Part shown: positions 11,437 through 23,149 of the stretch, in pieces
Numbering within the stretch: the first letter of the stretch is position 1
Layout of the letters: every line of letters starts with the position of its first letter
Notes under the pieces: generated by a model
What the model was told of the DNA's origin: nothing
Database searches by the model: none
Seen by the model: only the letters and a program-made list of their open reading frames with translations
Translations under genes and position numbers: made by a program
NCBI GenBank assembly: GCA_003427395.1
Contig: BFEA01000029.1
Span: forward strand, 609,447 to 671,799
Source of the DNA: Chara braunii
Taxonomy: Eukaryota > Plantae > Charophyceae
Direction of reading: 5' to 3'
DNA: 62,353 nucleotides

Positions 11437-13897
11437 TGTGACAAACTATCTTCTGCAACCGCGTGCTTTCCTGCGCGAGGCTGATGTGGGAAAACGGGAG
11501 GGCCTTGATGGGCGATGGGCATAAGCGGGGTTCGGTTGGGCAAATTGCATGGATACCCTTGCTTCTTTTTCACTTTTGTTGGAATTCGTTGGGCCAGTGC
11601 GGGGAAAGCCTTGCGACGACGATTGAACTTGAATGGCTGCTCCATGACGGGCGCAAGAATTAACTGTACCATATTTTTTTTCTTGTTTTGTTGTGAGCAT
11701 TAGGAACTTTGGCGCGATTAGCACGCGGGAATTATCATTTTTGAATTTTTAACTGATGTTGAGCCCCCGCGGGCTCTCGGGCTTGCTCTTCCTTTCAAAA
11801 TTTCCTTTCTGCAATTAGGACTTAGGCTAGGAATTTAGGTGCTCTGAATTTTGTTGCGCAGCGATTGCACGCATCTTGTGGCACAAGGAACTGGGTTCTG
11901 ACTGGATCGCGCCTTTAGTCTTGTGCAACTGTCGTTTTTGGCGGGCGCAATCGTAACTGTAGTCCTTCTTCTTTCTTGGTTCTCATATGTCGCCCGCCTT
12001 CTTCTTCTTTCGCGTATCGCATGCCCTGTTCTAATTGGCCGAAGTGGCTGCATGACTGGATCGGTGCGTGGAGAGTGGCTACGACCCCTACGCCGCGGCT
12101 TGGCCATGCAGACGGAGGCACTTCCTCTCTTCTCTTCTTGTCTATCCGAGCTTAATCCCGTACCTTTCGCGCAGGTGTGCATGCTATAAATTTCGTAAGC
12201 ACGATTAGTTTTCTCTCTAAGAATTTCGAGGTTAGCGAGATCAGTGAGGGTTGACTAACAAGCGAGTTTGGAAGGTGAGTGAGTGTGAGAGTTGGGCGAT
12301 CCGACGAGCTGGTGTCGGGTATGCGGGGTTGACGTGCGAGGCCGCGACGGACTGCGGCGCACGGGCGAACCTGGCTTGCATGCTTGAACCAAGCGGGGTG
12401 ACAACTCTGTATGGGTACGCGGCGACGGACTATCGGTATCGTGGGTATTGATGCGAGGCGACGGACTGCCCTCAACAGGAGCGAAGAGAGGGAGAGAGAG
12501 TAGTGATGTGGGTGTGGGATAAGGCTTTTTTTTGTTGTTCCTTTCATTTCCTCTGTTCAATAGTATAAGTTTTGGATTCTGACATGGCCGATCCTTTATC
12601 ACAGCCCTTCTTTTTTGAACTTCTCTCGTACATTGTCTCGGATTTTTTTTGTTATTTTGCTCGGTATGTATGTATGGAATGAACTTTTGTTAGCGATCTT
12701 TTCGATCTGTTTTGCGATGCCTGTGTTGTCTCTGACCAGTGTTCGCCTGCATGAGCTATGTGATCAGGCCTGATTGGGGAATGCACACTTTTGATGTCTA
12801 AAGTCTAACCACCAATTATCCCCTCCTTCCTCCCTTTTGCATCACATGTAAGGCATGTAGTGATTGGTAGGATTATGGCGCATATGGTTGAATGCGACCG
12901 ACACACGGAACCAACCGGCTGCTTCTTACGCGCACGAGTACGTACGTCCACCACGGACGCACTCGCCTACGTGAGTCAGCCTTAACCTCGTGTAAGGATG
13001 TGGGAGATGCGGCTTGCTAAACAGACATGGCTGCAAGATCTCCTTCCTGGATATCCGACTACAAGAATTTGAGGGACCCAGAATATATCGATAGTACTGG
13101 AAAGACGAACAACTCAGACGACGGGGAAGTTTGAGAAATCCGGAATTCCCCTGCCTGACGGAAAACGACAGATTATGCCTAAGGGATTTTCACCGTGCCA
13201 TAACTAGCGACCCTATGTGCCGCGACTACCCGGACACTTATAACACACAATATTTCATATTGCCCGGTTTCGTCGTCATTACCACCAATTTCCCTCCCTG
13301 TCATCTTTTCCTCCCATATCACCAACTCACTGTGGTACCATGGAATTTCATAGCTCGCTATTGGCCTAGCCCACGGTGCGAGGGTTGTCGGTATCACGAG
13401 GCGCGCCGAGCCTCGGGAACGTCCCGACAGGCTCGAATCGAAGCTGAGCAGCGACCCGCCCCGGCTGAATTCAGGGCCTGTTACGAGTGGCGTTGACAAA
13501 CGGTTGAACCACGCGACCAACCGCGAAGATGGAATCAGCGGCGATGGTGATTTGTTTGCTTATTCGACCATAAAAGTTAAAACCCGTTGGCAAGGGCGAT
13601 TTTGTTTGAATTTTGTTCGAGAATGCAAGAGTGTTTAGATCTGTCGGTACGGTGGTAACAAGTGCCCCGGATTTACCCTGGGAGACACTGCGCATGCCAT
13701 CTGCCTTATGGTGCACGACATCAGCTCCCTCCCCTCTGGGTATATCCCCTGTTCGCACCTTTACCCCTGGAACTTGCCACAGACCTGAGACTCCACCCCC
13801 ACTTTCCAAAAATCCTTGGCACACCCCTTTTTGCACTTCCAGGCCCCCATCCCACTCCGATCAGGAAGTCATGCTGGGCGTGAGGTTGGGCGTCACA
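11437..13897 (+). mobile_element. 3' LTR of a diverged Ty3/Gypsy relative (element B); upstream body lost or hidden in the gap
   Basis: TGTGAC...GTCACA ends, 2461 bp, collinear with the reverse complement of 30605-33082. Preceded by the same ~50-nt junction (11385-11436) as element A. TATA box ctataaat at ~12184. Confidence 0.85.
13027..13496 (+). pseudogene. LTR-encoded ORF (element B copy), 1-nt frameshift near 13092
   Basis: FPCLTENDRLCLRDFHRAITSDPMCRDYPDTYNTQYFILPGFVV... aligns with 30917-31354 with many synonymous changes. Confidence 0.7.
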
Positions 13898-15923
13898 ACG
13901 CAAGCACACCTGAGCTCCATCTTTGGCTGAGCACTCGTCATCAAGAATATTATATTCGCCACAATAGGGTATGAATCGGTGCTCTGGCCACTGAGTAAGA
14001 CTGCTCTGCAGGCCCTGAGCTCCAATGTGGCGGCCTTTCTATGGACGGGAGATGATGAACGGGCAAACGTGATCATGCGGTTAGCTTGGGAGTTGGTAAT
14101 TCAACCAAAACAGTGGCGGGCCTGGGCATTATTGACTCGCAGACCCAAGTACAGACCCTCCTTCTCCAGTGGGTTAAGAAGCTAATCCTCTCCCCTTCCT
14201 CCCCTTGGCAGGCCCTGGCCCTAGAGCATGTAGCCCGGTTAGCACCCCCGACCACCCAGGAGGTGCACCCTCTTACCTGGTTGGAGGACCGCTATTGGTC
14301 GATACCACGGAAGATTCAGGGCCAAACGGTGGATAGCTTATGGTCGTCCCTCTCAAAAAGTTGGTGACGGCTTCCACCCCCGGACAGACCTGCCCTTGAC
14401 CGATGGGCATAAGTCTTTTGTCAACCTCTCTTCGGGAATCAGTGGATCCCACCCCATCAGGGACATGTACTGTGCAACTCTGCGGCACCATGGAAAGGAT
14501 GGGTTAAACACGAGGTGCTTCGGGTCGGACATCTATGGGACCAGCAGAGAAACGACTGGAAGACGTCCGCCGAACTTCACGATACTCTTCGATACTGCCA
14601 CCACATTGACCAACACCTAGATACGATTATCAATGCCATCCCGCTGGACTGGTATAGGCTACTCCGGCGGGGACCCACACTTAGCCTACAGGAAGGAGAC
14701 TGGATTGGGGTTATAGGGGACCAGACTAGGATTGGCCGAATCCATGTGGTTAGAACCTTTGATGCGTTGGTGGAATACTACGCGATAGGCCCGTGAAACT
14801 CGCTAAAAGGATCCCGGAATCCTATGGAATGGAGGGACAAGACCAAGGTCTTCTGGGTGCGAGTGTTGGGGGAAGGAGAAGAGTCAGAAGACAACATGAT
14901 TTTTCTGCCCCACACTCCCATTCATGAACTTGCCTTCGACCCTCAAGAATGGCAATGGAAGACTGGCGGAAGAGCGATACGAACTACCAACAAAAGGATC
15001 TACCTCCACAGCCTGTCGGTCAAATCCGCGTACAGAATGATCCGCCCCAAACGACCGTTGCGCGACCTGATAAACGATCGATGGGCCAAACACCTCAATG
15101 TAGTAGATCGCTCCCTTATCACACCGATCCGATGGTTTACCGACAACAAGGTAAGACCAGCCAAGGTTACATCTTTGCAGTGGCAGATCGCCCACCTCTG
15201 CCTCCCAATTAATGCTTGGCTTGTCGACCACACAAGCCTGGAACAAAAGGGGGTTGCGACACCCCGGGGTCAGCGATGCCTAACAGCCTTCCCCTCACGC
15301 AAGTGGAATGAGACCATCGAGCATGTCTCCATGCAATGCCCGGTGGCGCTGCGGACATGGCGCATGATGGCGGTGGTGGGACCGTATGTGGCATAAAATG
15401 CTGCCGGATACCCCCTTCCGATGGTCCTTGTAGGCAATATTGACAGGACACAGCCCATCTATGGCTCAATCCTCCTCATTCACAAAAAACATGTATAGAC
15501 TAGGCAGAAGATCGGTCCTTTGGGCACTCTGGGGGCAGCGTTGCCTACTAGCAAAGGAAGGGGTCAGGGTAGAAGGGGGGGAAAATGGCAGAACAGATCA
15601 AAGAGGAGATCCAGTTGGCGCTCATAAGCAGATGGCAAAACTCTCAAAACACAGCTGGACATCTTTCGTAGTAGCCAGGACATCAAGCGAGCACTTACAA
15701 ACAGTGTCGTCACCCTGTACGGGGACGGCCCGTCCGCACTCTCGTACGAGCGTACTTACGGGCCCTCAGCGCCCGTACGGCCTGTACGTACGGACTTTGG
15801 GCCCTCCGTACGTGGGCTGGGGGGTGGTCGGATGTCGGGGGGTAGCCCTCCCATTCAAAAAAAAGAATCATGTCCAAGGTTAAAAAAAAAAAAAAGATTG
15901 ATTGATCGATTGATTGTTTTTTG

Positions 15924-15954
<31 letters not shown>

Positions 15955-16071
15955 AGTCGTAGGAAGAAAAAAAAAAACGAAAAAAAAAAAAAAATCATTC
16001 AAAGAATGATCGATTGATTAATTGCTTGATTGATTGATTGACATGCAGTGGGGGGTCGCCTCCCCCCCGCG

Positions 16072-16100
<29 letters not shown>

Positions 16101-16104
<4 letters not shown>

Positions 16105-17328
16105 AGTTTTATGTCTGTTTGTTTCCCTCTTGCCGTCTGTTCTTCCTCTAATTTTGTCTCAGTATTTTTTTGTTACCCAACTGAGCACCCTTAACTAGTG
16201 CCAAACAGTCGGTGGTTCCTCGTTTGGAGTGCCTACTGCACTCTTATGGGGGCCGCTCAGTTCGGGATGTCTGTGTCGCCTGTAGGTGATGACGGATGCT
16301 CGTCCGAGTGACTCACTGGCTCAATGGGTGGTGGGAACCAACAGTCTGCAGGGATCATCTGTGATGTGAGTAGGTCATGCGATGCTTTGCTCCGTGTTGG
16401 ATGTGTGGACTGCATCGTTTGCGCACCCCCGCCGCCTTGCTGCTTGTCCCGCTTGCTTTGCATGTGGTTCTCTGCAAGTTGCTGTATTCGCTGTGTGGTG
16501 TGGCTGTGTTGTCGGTGTTGCCTTGCGCTTTGCTGCTCCGCTGCCTTGCTGCCCATCCACTGGTCGTGCCTTGTTCCGCGCTGCGTGCCACGTCTTTCCT
16601 TGCAGTCGTTTTTGGTGCAGCCGTGTTGCCTCTACTGTGCTGCCTGGTGCTCCACAGGGTCGCCGCCCGCTGCTATGTTCCGCTTGGGGACAGTCTGCCT
16701 TCAACAAGGGTCAAAGGGTTCATGACCCAAACCATCTAATACGGAGATTCCGGCAGATTGTCGAGGGTTCAGCCTCTTGATGAGTTGGTGCAACTCCGAC
16801 GAAACAATCTTTCATCATCAGTTTTATTATAGTATTATTTTATTTTATTTTTTTCAGTCTTTGCATTGTTTATACTTGTATTTTTTTCGGGTGTTGTTTT
16901 TGCATTGTTGTCTTTTGTCTTGCTGTTGTTTCCCTCGCCGCCTTACGCTGCTTGCTGGCCCATCCGTCTAACCCATGTCTTTCACCCAGTGTGCTTTGTT
17001 GTTTTGTGTTGTTTGCTTGCCCACCCGCCTCCCCCATGCCCTCCAGCCTATATGCTTTGCTACCTTGTGCTGCTTGCCTGGCGCCATGCTCTCTGTCTGC
17101 TCACCTGCCTCCCTCATGCCCTCCAACCCATGTCCTTTGTTTCACTGTTGGTTGTGCCTTGTTGTTTTTTTCGAGCTACCATCTGCCTAAATGACATGCC
17201 TGGGTAAATAGAGGTTCTAGCCTGTGAATGTATGAGGGCAGTGGGAAAAGTGGTGGAGTGTATCCTGTGTCGTGACGGTAGGTGGAGTGCATGTTTATCA
17301 TGTGCTCAGGCCACCATAATATGTGCTT
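16101..17328 (+). mobile_element. Hammerhead-bearing segment inserted in a (CA)n tract (Penelope-like or retrozyme-like, non-coding)
   Basis: Splits a unit that is intact at 20860-20930 (gcgaa-(ca)n-aacgcgcgcggcc-Tn). Homologous to 21021-22434. Confidence 0.6.
16755..16810 (+). ncRNA. Type III hammerhead ribozyme, C3U core variant
   Basis: AGAUUG-UC / GAGG-guucag-CCUC / UUGAUGA / GUUGG-ugcaacu-CCGAC / GAAA / CAAUCU. Confidence 0.75.
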
Positions 17329-18741
17329 ACACACATCATCACACACACACACACACATACACACACACATAAACGTGCGGCCTTTTTTTTTTTTTTTTTT
17401 TTNNNNNNNNNNNNNNNNNNNNNNNNNNNNNNNNNNNNNNNNNNNNNNNNNNNNNNNNNNNNNNNNNNNNNNNNNNNNNNNNNNNNNNNNNNNNNNNNNN
17501 NNNNNNNNNNNNNNNNNNNNNNNNNNNNNNNNNNNNNNNNNNNNNNNNNNNNNNNNNNNNNNNNNNNNNNNNNNNNNNNNNNNNNNNNNNNNNNNNNNNN
17601 NNNNNNNNNNNNNNNNNNNNNNNNNNNNNNNNNNNNNNNNNNNNNNNNNNNNNNNNNNNNNNNNNNNNNNNNNNNNNNNNNNNNNNNNNNNNNNNNNNNN
17701 NNNNNNNNNNNNNNNNNNNNNNNNNNNNNNNNNNNNNNNNNNNNNNNNNNNNNNNNNNNNNNNNNNNNNNNNNNNNNNNNNNNNNNNNNNNNNNNNNNNN
17801 NNNNNNNNNNNNNNNNNNNNNNNNNNNNNNNNNNNNNNNNNNNNNNNNNNNNNNNNNNNNNNNNNNNNNNNNNNNNNNTTACGAAATTTTTTCTTAAATT
17901 TAAAAAAAAAATACTAAGGGGCCCCTCGAGACCCCCCTTACCATCCCTGGGGTCGAACCCCCCCCCCCCTCCCCCTCACACTGGGGCCTGGCACGTTTGG
18001 ACGGAGACCGTCCAAACGCCCGTACGGACGTCCGTCTGTCCGTACTCACGGGCCGTACGGAGACCCACCGTACGACGTATGGGGGACGACACTGCTCACA
18101 AACTTTTGCGCAGAGTGGCTGGGAGGGAACCGAGGGGGATGGATTGCTCAGGTACAGTGGGGAGGCGACCAGAACAGTGGGACAGAGCAAGAGCAAGAAC
18201 CCTGCAGAGATTACAGGCTTCTCTTTAATGAGTGGACCAATGTCGAACCCTTCTTCCCCATGAGACCACCTTCCGACTTCCCGGACCCTTTCCCGCCCCA
18301 CCCCCTCTCCTTGGTAGAAACCTTTATCTGATACTCAAGAGGGCAGAATCCGCCCCTGGTGCCCCCAGGGGGTGGACGGTTCCCGCAGACTACGGACAGC
18401 GGCGGTGGTCGACGAAGCAGTCTGTTTGGGAAAAAGAGGAAAGGATCATTGCTGAAGTGGGCAACATGGAAGTAATGATTCCACAATGCTGTATACAACC
18501 ATTTTATAAAGTCTAGTCTGATCATCTATATTACTACCTGCGTGGAAGAAGGGGGGGAGGAAGGAACCAACAGGTAATAGCGGATATCTGGCGTCTGACA
18601 CCGGGCGAAGAGGTTCTCTCCCCTCTTTCCAATGACTTGCTCAGTCAATCCTCTGGACTCCAGAGTAATCAATGCTGGCAGGTACCTCTCGAGATTCCTG
18701 TTCTGATATCATCCAAGGCCATCCAAGGCCATTCTGTAAAT

Positions 18742-18859
18742 GGGACGCTGGACCCGCTTTCCAACAGGTGATGCTCCCCACCAATTGATGGAGCCTCTCC
18801 AACGGTGCTAGTGGTGTCTGCTCTTATCAGCACCACTAGCACTGAAGGGGGTGTTAATT
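18742..18859 (+). other. Structured LINE 3'-terminal element (hairpin, pseudoknot, long hairpin)
   Basis: Stems gctgga/tcca(a)c, ggtg/cacc crossing gctcc/ggagc, and tgctagtggtg/caccactagca, directly before poly(A). Confidence 0.7.
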
Positions 18860-19190
18860 AAAAAAAAAAAAAAAAAAGAGGGTGGCCAGAGGCAAGAGAG
18901 GAAGAAGAGTGAAGGACAACTTTAGTTATAGCAAAGGTGAAGACATGGGGAGAGGGTGCATCCATTCAAATTGTAGGGTTTTCCAGTAACATGGGAAAAA
19001 TGGAAAGCTTAGGGGGGAATACCAGGGAGAGGGCAGGTTTTTCCTAATCTTTCCTATGGGAATGCCAGCAAAGAGAGTTTTAGGTCCTAGCTGCACTACT
19101 CGCCATCGGCCAACATTTTTAATGCATCTGGACAACTTTTGAGTACAGATGAATTCAATAAGTTTTTAAGTACGAGTACTCTTACACTGA

Positions 19191-20225
19191 TGGCCTCGTT
19201 AGACACTCCTCGGGGACGCGATTCCAAGCATTTAGTCCTCGTTCCACCTGTCCTCAGAGAAAAGAAAAAAATGTGAAAACACTCCGAGGACAAATCCTCG
19301 GGCTCCAAGGATTTCCAAGGCAAATTGTCCTTGGCTCCGAGGGACCACGCGAGGTCCTTTGGAGCCCGAGGATCCGCGTTTCGCGGGGTGGCGTCGTCGA
19401 CCTTCCATCGAAATCTGAAGGTGGTAGGTCGTCCAGTCGTTGTCCAGCGGCCCGAAGACGGACGTCATGGGCCGATGTCGTCGAAGAGGACCTGTAACAG
19501 CCTCTTCACTTACCGTTGGCGCCGATCCGCACCATGGAGCGTGAACATCTTCGGGCGGCCCGTTGAGGGGCCTCTTGGCAACCTGTGGACATCTTCGGCC
19601 TGCTCGTTTGGGCCTCATGCCGTTCGGTCGGGCCTTCCAATGGTCATAATTTTGGATTGCGTAGCCATCCTCCTGACAAGGCACCCCGTGCACGAATGTG
19701 GTGTTGTTGTACTCTTCCCGATTAGCATGTGTCGGCACTTGCGACAGATGCGACACACGTTTGTGTGTGCTGCCTTTGCTCCACTGTCGTTCATGGCCAA
19801 CGTGCACCAAAGATTGTCGCTGCTGCTGCTAATTGGTGTGCTGCTCGTCGTCGTTGTCGTCTTCCACATTTGTTTTCTGGAGCACGTTTGTGAAAGGTAA
19901 CCGACGAGGCGATCATCGAAGAAGGCGAGAAAGACGGACAACTGTCTAACGAACAGCGCGCCGACAGTAGGGTTGAGTGGATCTTTACAGCAGCGATATA
20001 CCCCCATGCAGGATGGCACACGCCATACAATCCGACGTTGTACAACCACCTGACATCGCACGAGATGACGTTGCCTCCAAGTGACGACGAGGGCGAGGAA
20101 CATCGATCTTCAACGGTTCCTCTCGGCCGCGGTTCCACACAGGATTAGATAAGAAGCCAGTTCTTGAGACGGTCGACGACGCCGACTTATACAGAGCTGC
20201 TGGAGGGACGGAGTCCGACTGGCTA
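19191..20225. mobile_element. PIF/Harbinger-like element remnant, cut off by a hAT copy
   Basis: tga|tggcctcgttagacactcctcgggg; 19191-19345 is reverse-complement similar to 6320-6485. Confidence 0.55.
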
Positions 20226-20555
20226 CGGTGTCGTCACCCTGTACGGGGACGGCCGGTCCATACTCCTGTATGACCGTACGTACGGGTGCTCAACGCCCAT
20301 ACAGCCTGTACGTAAGGACTTTGGGCCCTCCGTACACGGCCTTCCGGAGGGGTGTTGAGGGGGTCGATGGGCCAGGGGTGGGTCGGATGTCGAGGGGTAC
20401 CCCCCCTCCATTCAAAAAGAAAAAAAAGATTTTTTTTTTTCTGTCCCCGGTGTAAAAAAAAAAAAAAAAAAAAGATTGATTGATTGAGTAATTGGTTGAT
20501 TGATTGATTGATTGATTGCTTGGTTGATTGGTTGATTGATTGTTTGATTGGTTGG

Positions 20556-20595
<40 letters not shown>

Positions 20596-21020
20596 AAAAA
20601 AAAGAAAAGAAAAGAAAAAAAATCCATTCAAAAGAATGATCGGTTGATTGATTGATTGATTGATATGTAGTGGGGGGGTCGCCTCCCCCCCCCNNNNNNN
20701 NNNNNNNNNNNNNNNNNNNNNNNNNNNNNNNNNNNNNNNNNNNNNNNNNNNNNNNNNNNNNNNNNNNNNNNNNNNNNNNNNACACACACACACACACAAA
20801 CGTGTATGGCCTTTTTTGTTTTTTGTTTCTTTTTTTTGATCGATTGATTGATTGATTAGCAGTGGGGGGGTCGCCTCCCCCCCAGCGAACACACACACAC
20901 ACACACACACACAAACGCGCGCGGCCTTTTTATTTTTTTATTTTCTATTGATTGATTGATTGCTTGATTAGCAGTGGGGGGGTCGCCTGCCCACCGCGAA
21001 CACGCACACACACACACACA

Positions 21021-22434
21021 ATCCGTTTTCTGTCTGTCGATCCTTTTCCTGTTGTTTGTCCTCCCTTTAATTTTTTCTAAGTATTTTTGCGTATGCCCAA
21101 CTGAGCACCCTTAGGTACTGCTTAACAGTCGGTGTTCCTCGTTTGGAGTGCCAACTGCACTCTTAGGGGGGCGCTCGGTTCGAGATGTTTTGTGTTGCCT
21201 GTAGGTGATGACGGATGGTCGTCGGAGCGACTCCTTGGCTCATTGGGTGGTGGGAACCAACAGTCTGCAGTGTTCACCCGTGATGTGGGTAGGTCATGTG
21301 TGGCTTGGCTCTGTGTTGGATGTGTGGGCTGCCTTGTGCTGTCTGCGTTTCTCTGTTGTCTTGCTGCCCATTCCTCTTGCTTTGCGGGTGTCCAATCTGT
21401 GCTGTTGTGTTCGCTTTGTGGCTTGGATGTATTGCTGGCGGTGCCTTGTGCGTCGTTACGCTGCCTCCGGGCTGCCTATTCGGGTGCCTTGCCGTGTGGG
21501 TTCCTTTTGTTTGCGGCGTGTTGGATGGTTGTCGTTTGGGTGTTGCCTTGTGCTTCGCCACTCGGGTGCCATGCTGCATGTCCACTTGCAGTCGTTTTTG
21601 GTGTTGGGCAGTTGAGCTGCGCCGCGTGTGTTGCCTGGTGCTTCACAACGGCGTAGCTCGCTGCTGTTGTATTCCGCTTTTGGGTCCTTTCGTTTGTGGT
21701 GTGTCGGATGGTTGTCGTTTGGGTGTGGGCTTGTGCCCCCAAACGGGTGCCATGCGTCATCTCCACTGACGTCGTCTTCCGCTTGCAGCCGTCTTTGGTG
21801 TTGTGCAATATACTGGCGTTGAGTGTGTTGCCTGGTGCTTCACAACGGCGTCACTCGCTGCTGATGTGTTCCGTGTGTGGGCAACCTGCCTTCAACAAGG
21901 GTCAAAGGTTTCATGACCTAACACATCCAAAACTGGGGATGCCGGAGATTGTCGAGGGTTCAGCCTCCTGATGAGTCGGTGCAATTCCGACGAAACAATC
22001 TTGTTATCATCAGTTTATTTTTTTCGGGTCTCCGATTTACTTGGGACTTGTATTTTTTCCGGTTTGCCTGCCGTCGTGCGCTTGTGTGCCTGTTTCGTGT
22101 TCTTACATGTTGTCTGCCTTCCCGCCTCCCCCGTGCCCTCCAGCCTATGCCTTGATGTCCTTTTGCTTGCTTTGCTCTGTTGCTTTTCTCGTCTACCTGG
22201 TCTTGGCATCCCCTTGGGACTTGTTTGTTGTTTTTTTAGTTTGCCTGCTGGTGTGCTTGCACGTTGTCTGCCCTCCAGCCATTGTATCGTTAGTATCTAT
22301 CTTGTGGACACTGGGCGTCCTTTGCTTGTAAGTGCACTTGACTGCGAGGCGTTGGAACGCATCTTAGGGAGATCATATTGAGTCTAGTCCCTGGGGAAAA
22401 CCATGTCTTGGTGCGAAGCTGATAACTGGGGGTT
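21021..22434 (+). mobile_element. Hammerhead-bearing segment flanked by (CA)n
   Basis: Homologous to 16101-17328, with (CA)n on both sides. Confidence 0.6.
21946..22001 (+). ncRNA. Type III hammerhead ribozyme with intact core; predicted cleavage after GUC at 21953
   Basis: AGAUUG-UC / GAGG-guucag-CCUC / CUGAUGA / GUCGG-ugcaauu-CCGAC / GAAA / CAAUCU. All three stems pair and the core is canonical. Confidence 0.92.
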
Positions 22435-22934
22435 ACACACACACACACACGCGCACACATGAAAAGACCGACCTTTGCATCGAAATGGCAATGTAAAATG
22501 GAGCGCATTTCATAAGGCGAAAAGAAATAGCGTCATCGCTAATCTGCATACTATGTGGGCACTGCAGACCATCAGGTGCAGATCATGCTCCTGACAGCTG
22601 CAGAGTGTAGGTGAATTATTCGTTTTGGCTCAGCTGGTTTTTTTTTTTTTTTTTTTTTTTTTTTTNNNNNNNNNNNNNNNNNNNNNNNNNNNNNNNNNNN
22701 NNNNNNNNNNNNNNNNNNNNNNNNNNNNNNNNNNNNNNNNNNNNNNNNNNNNNNNNNNNNNNNNNNNNNNNNNNNNNNNNNNNNNNNNNNNNNNNNNNNN
22801 NNNNNNNNNNNNNNNNNNNNNNNNNNNNNNNNNNNNNNNNNNNNNTTGTCCAGCTGAATCCCTCTGAAGACCACACCCACCCTTCCTTTCTCTGGGCAAT
22901 GTTAGTTAATCCCAGTTCAGGTCCTAATTATGGT

Positions 22935-23110
22935 CTTTTTTTTTTCTTTTTTTTTTTGGCGAAATAGCCCTTGTGTAAGCCCTCTATTCTGGCGGCGGTA
23001 AGAGAACCGTCAGAACTGAGGTCTTATCTGTCGGGCTGCTCCATCTATTGCTGGGGAGCGGCACCTGCTGGAAACCGGGTCCAGCGTCCCATTGGTACAT
23101 CTCGAATTAC
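22935..23110 (-). mobile_element. LINE-type structured 3' tail with poly(A)
   Basis: Motif at 23037-23090, hairpin ttctggcgg/ccgtcagaa, T-run at 22935-22957. Confidence 0.7.
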
Positions 23111-23149
23111 GGAGATTGCTGTTAATCTAGGGCCAATTGATTCCCCTTT

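Larger units (their letters stand above)
15702..18094. mobile_element. Non-autonomous hAT-like DNA transposon
   Basis: TIRs CAGTGTCGTC...GACGACACTG; 8-bp TSD cttacaaa / ctcacaaa (7/8). Subterminal cgtacg arrays and internal (GATT)n/(CA)n units. Confidence 0.85.
13898..18877 (+). mobile_element. Degenerate L1-type LINE (ORF2 C-terminal half, 3' UTR, poly(A)), interrupted by the hAT element at 15702-18094
   Basis: Fragments AFLWTGDD..RLAWELVIQPK..GLGIID and zf-RVT-like LQWQIAHLCLPINAWL..ETIEHVSMQCP. Coding-like sequence resumes at 18103. Structured tail at 18742 and poly(A) at 18860-18877. Confidence 0.85.
20226..22450. mobile_element. Second copy of the non-autonomous hAT element (left part)
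   Basis: cggtgtcgtcaccctgtacggggacggcc matches 15702 onward. Right TIR and TSD not seen, possibly lost in the gap at 22666-22845. Confidence 0.75.

Noticed and set aside
11437-13897. Solo LTR
   Set aside because: It retains ~50 nt of internal 3' junction sequence, so it is the 3' LTR of a truncated or gap-hidden element.
16257-16780. Cys/Leu-rich overlapping ORFs in the hammerhead segments
   Set aside because: TG-rich compositional bias opens all frames, and the frames are not conserved between the two copies.
17282-18228. Long ORFs in the track, also 34973-35914, 20234-20914 and 22572-22967
   Set aside because: Open only because they run through N gaps and simple repeats.
18742-18800. LINE tail motif as an HDV-like ribozyme
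   Set aside because: No 3' partner for a P1 starting at GGGACGC and no nested double pseudoknot; it also sits at the 3' end rather than the 5' end.
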